Below, piece after piece: positions 27,801 to 39,800 of a DNA stretch of 64,000 nt. The stretch is taken from the NCBI GenBank assembly GCA_051362555.1, contig CM120641.1, forward strand, positions 7,564,001 to 7,628,000, read 5' to 3'. The stretch's first letter is position 1, and every line of letters starts with the position of its first letter. The notes below the pieces were generated by a model. That model ran no database searches. It was not told the origin of the DNA and saw only the letters and a list, made by a program, of their open reading frames with translations. Position numbers and translations under genes: made by a program. Origin of the DNA: Lingula anatina. Taxonomy: Eukaryota > Animalia > Brachiopoda.

Positions 27801-30800
27801 ATTAAAGACAGACAGATGGGGTAAACACAGAGTGTTTTCTTTACAAAAATCTCCTGTTATCATGTGACATCTTCTTGGCTAAATAGTTTCATCAAATCAA
27901 TTCTATGTGGCAAAGAAGAGTGCTTACAGTGCACAGTTTATATTTCAAGTTATACTCAGATGACTGATTTTATGAAAATTTCAGTTATAAATGGGAGATT
28001 CCTCTGACATTGACTACCTCCAAGCAACCAAGGTGGGAGGGGAATAGAATCAAGTGGATGTCACAAACAGATAGTAGGAATCATGTTTTATTTTCTATTT
28101 TTAAAGATCTATATAATCACCAAAAAGTTCTCAAACATTGTTATTTTAAATAATTGTAAAATAACCATATAAGCTAAAGTTAATATTTTTACCAATTATT
28201 GATTTTAATGCACCCACCATTCTTTACTTTTTAATATACACTGAAGATTTTTCCACTATACACTTCATAGTTTTTTAATTACCGAAAAACAGTTTTATGT
28301 TTCCCAACTGTTTTGGTCTAGTGTGTGTGTTTATTAACTTTTATAATTTTTTCCTTATTTTTATATAATATATAAAGATATTATGAAATGTTTAGAAAGT
28401 TGATGAATGTTTATAAATACAATCATTTTTTAAAGATTGCTAACTATAACTATTATAGGGATATAAGTAAAATTGTTTCTTAGAATAGGACTTAAACATG
28501 ATAAAATGAATTCTTTCATTGTTTAGATTGAATATATCTAATTGCCTCATTTGGTTTAAGTGATGTTGATAGTTATTCTTTTGGTTTAAAATATTGTTTT
28601 CTAAATGGAATAATTTAGGTATTTAGGTTTTGCAAAGTGCATGGCCAGTTTCAAGACACATTTTGGCTCATATATATATATTTTAAATCTATTATTTTTT
28701 GTTATTTTTTGTATTGAATCCATGACAAAAATGGAAGCAATTTCCCATTTTCCTGATTCATTCTTATGGTGATATTCCATATTTTTTGTGTAGTAACTCT
28801 TGACAAAAGCACTGACCTTGACAACATTGGCAGCAGTGATTGGGTGGTGGCCAACATCCAACAGTATGGCTACTACAGGGTCAACTATAATAAGAAGAAC
28901 TGGGAGAATATTATAAGGCAATTAAGCACTGACCACAATGTAAGTGATTCTTTTTTAAATTAACCTGTAAGTACTTTAATCAAGATTAAACAGATATGAA
29001 TTCATAATCTGTAGAAAGAGAAATTCACATTCACCGCAGCATGTTTTTTTTTCTTTTTCAGATGATACATGTTATAAACAGGGCTCAACTTATTGATGAT
29101 GCTTTCAACATCGCCAGGTTTGTAAACAGAAAGGTTGTTAATAGAGCTGAACTCTTGCAGTGCTTTGTTCAACTATATTTTTGAAATATTTTGTCAGTTC
29201 TTGAATGATCTGGTTATTTATAAATACATGCAGTACCATATAATGAAGCTTTCAGCATTGTTGATTGCAGATTATCATATTTATCCAGGTTGTAACTTGA
29301 CTGATTGTTTTGAATCATTTTGCAACAGTTTAAACTGAATCATGTATGTTTTCATTCAGATCTGGTTCAGACCCAGATGTGGATGTCATACTGGCAATGA
29401 GGACCACCAAGCATTTAGACAAGGACTTTGAATACATGCCCTGGAGAGCTGCACTCAACAATATTGGTTATATACACTCCATGTTGAGCAGAACATCACA
29501 CTTTGGAAATTTCAAGGTGTTTATACTTTTGATTTAAGAAAATAAGGCTTCATCTTCCAACTTCAGCTGTTTAAAGGGAAGACACATTGGCAACATAGAA
29601 AAAAATTATAAATACTGTCCACTTTCTGTTTATGGCAAAAGTGCCATAAAATGTTACTGTAACAACAGTCTGGATTTAATTAAATGTAACAATGATGGAC
29701 TGAAGTGATAATTTAATATTTCACCAGATGTGATAATTTTTTTATATGAATGCTTTCAGGCTTATATGCTTGGTCTGATTCTTCCATTGTACAATAGACA
29801 TGGATGGGCAACTATTGATGACCCTGTGGAGAGGTACGTTTCCTTGGAATCTTAAAAATTGTTTTTTGTCATATACCAATAGCCATATTTTGTGTTTTCT
29901 TTGGATACTGTTGGTGTTTGTGTGTTTGAAGCTAAATATTGAACTGTGGAGAACTGGAGCATATGCAGATCACTCTGTGCATCATAGAAAAATGATGATA
30001 AGGCTCAGATATATGCATATTTTAACTTGTTTTAGTTTCAGTGAAGTATTTAATAACTTTATCAGAGCATGGCACCATTGATAACAATTTTCAAAATATT
30101 TCCAGCTTCAGCAGAACCAGTGCGATAGGCCACGCCTGTGCCTATGGACATCAGCATTGTCTGGATGAAGCCACTAAGCTTTTCAGGCAGTGGATGAACA
30201 CACCCAACCCAGATGCAAATAATCCGTAAGTAACTTAATATCTCACCCTCAGTTTCCATTTCCAGTAATTGCAAAAGGGAGATTTTTGCTTGAAGCTTGT
30301 TATTGAATTAAGGTATTATACATTTACCATAAAAATTTAACTATATGAAAAATAACTCTTTATTGTTTTATCACAAGGCATCATGTTTTTTGTTTGAAAC
30401 AATTTTGTTGTAAAATTTATTGAAGTTACAATAAAAAAATCTAATTTTATCGATTGATTTGATGTTATCCTAATATGTACGTATATATCTCATTATTATG
30501 GCAATAAAGAATGAATTTACATTTACCAAAAAAAAAAAGTTAGTGCAGTTAGTGTAGTCATGGATGTACATGGTTGTGCAAAGCTGTTTTGGTGCCCTCT
30601 TCTGGCAAAAACATGACTCTTTTTTGAAGAAAGTGTATATGTTTTCTTTGAATGGTAATAAATTCAAATTTTAGGATCAAGGTTGACCTGAAAAGTTTGG
30701 TGTACTGCTATGCCATCAAAAATGGAGGGCAGGCTGAATGGGACTGGGCCTATGAGAGATATAAGAAAGCCAATGTCGCTGCAGAGAAATCTAAGCTGAT

Positions 30801-33800
30801 AGTAGCCTTGACCTGCTCTAATGAACCTTGGATATTGAATAGGTGAGAGTTGAACATATAAAGATGGAAATTACATGGAATCTTATGCAACTAGGCATAG
30901 TCAAAATAGTATCTGTAAAACAAATAGGTAATGGACCTCTAAGGTGATACATATTTTTTGTCAAAGAATAGAATTAGGTGATAGAGACGAGTTTTACAAA
31001 CAAGATATATTACACAATTTTAAGTTGCATACTTTAATTTCTAAAAAATATAAACAATATAAAAAAACATGATTTTAAAACTTAACCATAAATTATTTGT
31101 AACATGTCAATGTAATGCAGTCCTATACTAATGGGAAATAGATATATAATGGTAAATCGTATCTGCTGTCCAATTTTAACCAAATCTACTTTTTCTTTGA
31201 TGAAGGATATGATTTAATTTCCCACTCATTGCCAGTCAAGAAATTCTTAAACAGTTCAGTTGAACTTTTATTTATTAATTTATTTGGTTGTTGTGCTAAA
31301 TTTTTATCTCCCATTTAAACAGATATCTGGAGTATTCAATGGACAGGAAAGAGGTGCGTCAGCAAGATGCAGTTTCAGTGATGGCCAACATTGCAGGGAA
31401 TTCTATTGGAAAATCAATGGCCTGGAATTTCTTCAGGGCAAACTGGGACAAGATATTTGCTGAGTAAGTAAAGATTGAACTCATCTGAAAAGCAAGTAGA
31501 TACCACATGATGATTTTCAACTTTTGAAAATTGCATTGAAATGTTAAAAAAACTGAGATTGCTACATGTAGTTTTGGTGTATGTGTTATGTTGCATACAT
31601 TTGCATTTATTTTGTAAGCTTATTATGACTAGACCATTTCGTAATGAAAAATTCATACACTGTATTTGTTTTAAATGTTTGTGTGCAGATTTTATGTTGG
31701 ATACATTTGCATTTATTTTTAAGACTATATATACTAGTAACTTAATGAAAATGGCATATTTCTTTTTGGCTTCACAGGTATTTTTTTAAATAAAATTTAA
31801 CACAAAATTAAGTTCCTTAACATCAGTGATGTTTACTACTAATTGGATCATATTCTCAATCCCTTTCATAACTTCACATTACAGCATAACATATCAACTT
31901 TTGAATCTTTTCTTTATTTGTCTAGTAACATTCATCATTCATTCAACAGTTAGCTAGCATCGCTTATTTCATTATTCAATTTTTGACAATTATCCCCCAG
32001 AAAACAGTGTTCATCATGTTATGGGCAGACAAGTCTTGGTCAATCAAACTATTATGAAAGAGCTCTTTCAGAACAGCAGACTAACAGATCCGTGGATTGA
32101 ATATGGGTGACCCACTTGAATGCTTGTTGGGTAATCCTCGTGGGGAATCTATTCGGCGTATAATCAGGAATTAAGCAGCAAGCTTTTTAGTGGGTTGAAG
32201 TATTTGATCTAGGGATCTGTTAGTCACTGTTCTGAATGTGCTTCAAGTGAAAATGATTCCCCTAAAGCTGCATTTCATCTTTATATTATACATATCAATG
32301 TGCTTGCAAATGGTTCTTAATTCTAACATGCTTGGGTGATGCTACCAATGTGCCAGGTTAATACTAACATCTACTAACATGGCAGTATTTGTTTTTAGGT
32401 TTGGAGGTTTGTTTTCCTTTGATACCCTAATTTCAAGCATGACTGGTGGCTTCAATACTGAATTTGAACTAGAACAGGTAAGACAATGCTTTGGGATCTG
32501 CTCTAATCCTGACTGACTGGGGATAGTTTGGAAATGATCTTCTTGAAAGATGTTTGTTTTATAGATATGGTAGTGGGCCATTTGACTTCAGTACATTAAT
32601 ATCAAGTGTGACTAGCTGGTTCAACACTGAATTTGAATTAGAGCAGGTAAGATTTGAAAAAAATGAAAATTCAAAGCAAGATTATTATATATTATATATT
32701 ATGTAGATCATGATTCACGAAACAATTAACAAGCATATACTGCTGTCAATATGTTTTTAACATTATGTCCTTGAAAAGTAATAATGGTAATGTTATGGTA
32801 TGGTCCTGATTGAATTTTGATTATGAAAGATTGCTCTGTTTTTATGCATGATGGCATGTGTAGACAGTGGCTGCATTCAGAACAGTGGACTAACTTGTCG
32901 CGGGTCAAATATGGCGACCCACTAAATATGAAAAGCTTGCCATCTAATCCACTAATAGACACTGGTAAAGACATGGTAAAGTATCAAGTAAGTCCACTGT
33001 TCTGAATGCGGCCAGTGACCCTATTGCTTAGGTATAGCATCTTTTCTTTAATCCAAGGGTCTTGGGTTGAAGTCTGAGCACATCGATCCCTATTTATTTA
33101 TTCTATAATTTCTTTGAAAAAAAAATTTGGGGGTTGTCTGGTACTTTATGAATACTCATCACTCAATGTACTAAATTAGAATTAAGCCAGTTTTATTCAA
33201 ATTTTAGCTTCAAGCTCTGATGTCTAGCAAAGGGAATCTGGGATCTGGTCAGCGTGCCTTTGAACAAGCTGTGGAGAAGACACGGGCAAATATCAAGTGG
33301 ATGCAGGCCAATGAACAGAAACTGGGAGATTGGCTGAAAAGTGGAGGGATGTAAGTGTTGTGAACAAGGTTGAGGAGATTATTGCGATTCCCTGAGTCCT
33401 AGAATCTTATGTGATTTATATGATTTATAGAAGAATTATACGATCCTTGTTTTGAGATATGTACTGTAATATGATAGGTGAATTGATTTATTTGAACCTA
33501 CTACACTAACACAGAACACTAAAGAGAGAGAGATTTAATGGGGCCCATTTTATAGTGGTGTCAACAAAAGGAATTAGTCGGCTGCCTTTTAGAAACCTGG
33601 GGATGATGATAAATATGTGTGTGCATATCATGCATGACAAAAATTAACTGACCACATTCTTAAGTAATTAAGAAAAGCAGTTTCATATGTTTTGTTTTTC
33701 TTTCCTGCAGAACTCCGGACCCTGGAACTTCAAATGATGTCCGTCTGCCTTCTACCTTACATCCAGTGTACTATAAACTAGATCTAAAACCTGATATTTA

Positions 33801-36800
33801 TGGAAATGACCCAGAACACTTCAACTTTTCTGGATCAGTAGAAATCACCATTTTCTGCAATGAAAGCACACTACAAATAAAACTTCACAGCAATAAGCTG
33901 ACCATCCCTGAAAATGATGTGAAATTAATGGATGAAAACGGAGTCCGATTAGATATATCAAACACCGAAATGGACACTGAAAATCAGTTTTTCATTCTAA
34001 ATCTGCCACATGTTCTTGAAAAAGGAAAAAATTACACATTAAAGATGAAGTTTGAAGGACCATTAAAGGATGACCTGACTGGACTTTACAGAAGTCAGTA
34101 TTTCAGTACTGCAAAGAATAAGACAGTGTAAGTTGTTTAATTCACACACTGATTTTCTGTTCATTTCTTGATATTGGTTAAAAATTTTTCCATAACTGTA
34201 ACAGATATTGATAGAGTGAAATTAAATGCAAGAATTTGTGTTGAGTAAGTTTCTTGATTACTTTATCATGGATGTTATCTTTGTCAGTTAAAAGTAGAAT
34301 TATTGTTTGAAGTTGCATAGATTCCAATAATTCAGAATAACTTATCTGATAGCAATAAAATTGCATAAACAGTCTGACTGTTATGGTTTGAGGAGACATT
34401 ATATTCTGTGTTCTCTTCAGCCACATTGCCACCACCCAGATGCAGCCCACAGATGCCAGAAAAGCTTTCCCCTGCTTTGATGAACCTGCATTTAGAGCTG
34501 TCTTTGAAGTGACTCTGTGGAGAAAAGACCCCATGAAATCCTTGTCCAACATGCCTATCAGAAATACTACGACTCAGTAAGAACTGACAGTGCTCTACAT
34601 TTTCATTTATGCTGATGAAAATATTAAGATTGACGAGAATAAAATTAAAAAAATAGTTTCATCCCAGAAAGGAATCAGAAAGACTAGAAGAATCTGAAAG
34701 GTTTCAATGATAAACACTTTTTGTTTTGATATGAAATTAATAGGTAAAATAGCTTAAAGTATGTAACTAATGCCTAATAAAAATGTAAATTTGTATATCG
34801 ATATAACTTGATTTCATTTGAGTTGTCACTTATTCACATAATTTTATTTTTACTTAATTCTGATTGATCTATTTTTGATCTATTTTTACTACTGATCTTT
34901 ATCTGGAAGCAATTCTTTTTTTAATTTCAGATCAGGTGGATGGATTGCAGATCATTACCTCCCCACCCTTAAAATGTCCACATACCTCCTGGCTTTCATT
35001 ATATGTGATTTTGACTATGTCGAAAATACCACATCCAGAAACACAATAGTGAGTAGTAAAATTAAAAAACCCAATCCTCATACATTCTGACTATTAGTTT
35101 TTGTATAAGATTGACTGCATTCAGTTTTTGTGATGTAACAGGTGAGCCTGTATTATAGATAAGTCTGTATTAAGATAAAAAAAAACATTACTTATAGAGA
35201 TAATAATTAAGTAGGTAAGTCTGAATTAAAATTATAGAGCTAGCAAAACATGTACATGTGGACAGGATGTGGATAGTTGTGGGAAGAAAAGGATAGTCAA
35301 GTAACCAAGCATGCAGTTGTCTAAGGGCAATAAACGCACCCTTAGTTTCAGGGAGCTGACAGGTATAAGCGATATTAAGAGATAAGTTTCCAGTAGACAG
35401 TGAAACTTGGGGTGTATTTTTAAGTCACTTTTTGAGTTTTTATTTATAAGAAATAGGAAATTTATTCATAGCAATATCTGTTTCATGCTTACAGGTCAGA
35501 GTCTGGGCCAGACCTGAAGCTAAGGACCAGGCATACTATGCACTGGATGCTGGAGTACGCATACTGGAGTACTTTGAAGGCTATTACAACATTACATTCC
35601 CTCTACCAAAGCAAGGTAAGGACAGAACCCTTTTATGAAGCAAATATGACTGCAATATTTGTATTTCAAAATCCTCTAAGATATTTAATATTTGAGACAT
35701 ATAAAAAAGGAAATATCTTTTCTGTGAAAAAGAATAATATACCTGACTTGTGAATAATATTTTTATTCTGATTCAATTGGGAAAAGAGAATAATAAATTT
35801 CTTTCTTCGTTAAACATTTCTCTGACTTTATTTCTGGAGTCTTGTCAAACTGGGGTCTGATTGATATCGTGAAGACAGCTGATATTAAATGTAAAAAAAC
35901 TACTCTTTTTAGACATGATAGCTATCCCAGACTTTGCTGCTGGAGCCATGGAAAACTGGGGTCTGATCACTTACAGGGAGACGGCTGTTTTGTATGATCC
36001 TAAAGTGTCGTCTGCTGGCAACAAGCAGTGGGTCGCAGTGGTAGTGTCACATGAACTGGCCCATCAGGTAGGTAGATGAAAATGTCACACTGTAGTTAGT
36101 CCTGCATTTGTTGTTGTTGTTGTTTTGTACTAGCACATCCACTGTCTAAAGAGTCACCTGCTGGGAATGAGCAATGGGTAGCTAAGGTAGTCTTCCATGA
36201 ATGAACAGATCAGTTGGGTATGGTATTCAAAGGATATGGTTGCAGAATATCTGTCCAAATGTCTGCCCTCATTGAAAATATGGTCATTGAATTAAGAATG
36301 CTTATACACATTTTTAATGAACAATCATTTGTTTAGACATTTCATATTTATTTTAGTTTAATCAAAAGTTATTACTGCTACTTGCATTTATTTTTAGGTG
36401 CAAAATTTACTTCTCTTTATGAGATGATGCAAGTAAACAATTTTGTTTTCCAGTGGTTTGGCAACCTGGTAACTCCACTGTGGTGGGATGACCTGTGGCT
36501 TAATGAAGGGTTTGCCAGCTATGTAGAGTACCTGGGAGTGGACTTCATAGAACCAACTTTCAAGATGGTAATTTGAAAGAATTTATTGTCAATAAATTTG
36601 GAAGAAATAATTATCTTAAATACATTCATTTGTGATACTAGATTGTCATAAGTTATTCCAATCCCCCTCAGTAATTATTAGATTTTGTGGCTGTTTGGCT
36701 TTAGATAAGGTTCATGATGGATAATAACTAAAAAAGGACAAATTAGTCCAAACCCGATTTCATTTGGTACTTGGGTAAATTAAGTCCTTGATTGATATGG

Positions 36801-39800
36801 TGGTAAAATTTTAGAAAAAGTAACCTATTAATTTTTTCATTGTATCAGATGGAGCAATTTCTTACCGAGGCCTTGCACGATGTGTTTGGTTATGATGGCC
36901 TGGCCAACTCTCACCCCATCTATGTTCCTGTGGGACATCCTGATGAGATCAATGAGATATTTGACACAATATCATACAGCAAGGTCAGTATTAACATGGA
37001 TCTGATAGGATGAGAGAGTGGGAGTGGATTGAAGAGAAATTAATATGCAACTACTGGTATATGTGGCATTATGCAAAGCAACAAAAATCATGTCGTTTTT
37101 CTTTCTTCTAGCTCAATCTATTGGTCATTTTGTTTGTCTCTTCAGCCTGCTTGTTTGTCCATGTATCTTTATTTCATTTTGGTAAATTCCAGGGTGCCTC
37201 TATTATAAGGATGATGAGTCACTTCTTGACAGAAGATCTATTCAGGAGAGGACTCACAGTAAGAGACATAAAGGATGTCATGGTGCTTTAAATATCATGG
37301 AAAAAACTAAACTATTTAGAATTATTTGATATCTTTTCCTGATATGTCTGTATGGGGTATATGTCATGTTTCTGGTCCTGGGTTTGTGTTTAATCACCTC
37401 TTCCTGGACATTGCATCTTAGTACATATATATATAATGGTGAATACTTAAAAGATATTGCAGCATTATGATTTTTGCAATTTTTTTAAATTTAACCGTAA
37501 ATATATTACAGTCACATGAGGTATTAAGATAAATTTGATTTACTTTTTTCTGTCAGCACTACCTTAATAGACATGCCTATGATGTTGCCACACATGATGA
37601 CCTGTGGAATGCCCTCACTGAGGTAATGTGAATCACTGGGGAATTTTTGTGATTCTTTCACAAAATTATCAAAAAGACAATTTACTTTTACAATTTTTTA
37701 GTAAAATAGTTCAAATATCCTGTGAAAAATTGTTTGATGATTGAAATTCATTGATGTTTACAAATAATTTTATTAAGACTTTTGTTTTTAACTATTACTA
37801 TGACACTCACTATACAGGGCCGTAGCCTGAGCAAAATGCCAGGGGGGGCAGTAAGCGGACACGAGCGGGCAAAGCCCCCGAGGGGGTGGGTGTGGAAAAT
37901 TTTTAAAAAACTGTATGTATAATACTGCATTCTAGTGCATTTTAACTGTTATTTATTGCTCAATCAGAAGTCAAAAATTGTGGGTTCATTTTGCCATTTT
38001 GCCATATTTGCGCCTCAAATCCCAGGGGGGGCAGCTGCCCCCCCTGCCCCCCCGGAGGCTACGGCCCTGCTATAAAAGAATTCTTATTGCCATTTCAGCA
38101 AACCCAAAAAGAAGGAGAACTCATGGATGTAAAGACAATAATGGACACTTGGACACTCCAGATGGGTTACCCAGTGGTCAAGATAAACAGGGACTACAGT
38201 GGACACTCAGCTACTGTGACACAGTCTCATTTTCTCATAGATCCAACTGTAGAACCAAACCCTAAATATCCTTCACCTTTCAAGTAAGTTGAATTCATCA
38301 TCCTTCATTTGACTGTATTACAGATTGTTAACTTATGTTTTCTTAAAACGTTTTTCTTTGTTTATGGATTATAGCCAAAACTGCCTGATGAACCTGACTG
38401 TATTATAGTATTTAAAAAGCCAAACCTTTTTAAACACAAACATATAACCAGCAAAGAACATTTCTTGCCTTACTGGTATTGTCTAGAAAATAAAGATGTC
38501 TTGTTATTTTCTAACTAGCTACAAGTGGGAGGTGCCCCTAACCTTTACAACTTCTGTAAACCCACAGTGGGGTGGAACTGATATCAGGTGGATGCATAAA
38601 AATGATGCAAACTGTGAGTTATAGTAAAACAATTTACATCTTGTTCATGGATATACTTGGTTTTAGATGTGTTATTTTCAAGAAAATTTGTATAAGGAAT
38701 AGAGAGGGTGTTATAATGTGTGTATACTAGAATTTTAATATCAGTATTACAAAAAAGATGAAAATAATGATAACAATTAGATAAATTAATAAATGTTGAA
38801 TAGATCCCATGTTAAAATAATTAGAACTAATTTTCTGCGTAAAAATGACCAAGTAAAGGTAATCATTCCATGTGGAAAGATTAGATTTTGAATATATAGA
38901 TAAAGAATATCAATACTAACTAACTTTTGTTTGCCATACAGATTGTTGAATAACTTCTTGTTTCATCTTGTTTCATTAGTTATGCTCAATACAACTGACT
39001 TGAATAATGTTGGAGATGATGGTTGGGTGATTGGCAATCTTCAGCAGTATGGCTACTACAGGGTCAACTATGACAGGAAGAATTGGGACAACATTCTCAG
39101 TCAACTCCAAGATGATCACACGGTAACTTAACAATATTGCATTTGATTAGATACATTAGATTGCATTTGCCAAGATGATGGTGAATTATTTTAGAAATCC
39201 CAATATTAAAGTCACAGGGATATTGGATATTAGATTATTGTGGGTATATAAAGTGGTTCATGTCAATGATTTTGTAAAAATGTGTGAAGGTGTGATGGTT
39301 TTCTCCTTCCAGAAAATAAATGTGAAGAACAGAGCTCAGATCATTGATGATGTCTTCAACATAGGAAGGTAGTTGCATTTAGTTTTTTTGTCATTTGGTG
39401 TGTGGTGAAATCAATAAATATTTTCACTCCCTGTGAGACTTTTAAAATCTTTTCTTTATTTGTCTAGTAACATTCATCATTCATTCAACAGTTAGCTAGC
39501 ATTTCATTTTGTTGGAATTCTTATGTTTCGATTAAAATTTTATTTTTGAATTTTTTTAGGAAGTAAATATTTCTGAATGGATAGTGAATAAAGTGATTAA
39601 CTGTTCCCCTATACTCACAAATTGTTTCAATTCTAGTTCTGGCATGGACAGTGATGTGGATATAGTGCTGGCCATGGAGACCACCAAGTACCTAGTCAAG
39701 GAGGTGGACTATATACCATGGGAGACTGCCCTGATAAGCATGGGACAGACTGACCGCATGCTGAGCAAAACAGGACTTTATGGCAATTACCAGGTAGAAT

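Noticed and set aside
33018-33085. tRNA-like or SINE-head sequence
   Set aside because: A and B boxes are too degenerate and no cloverleaf forms.
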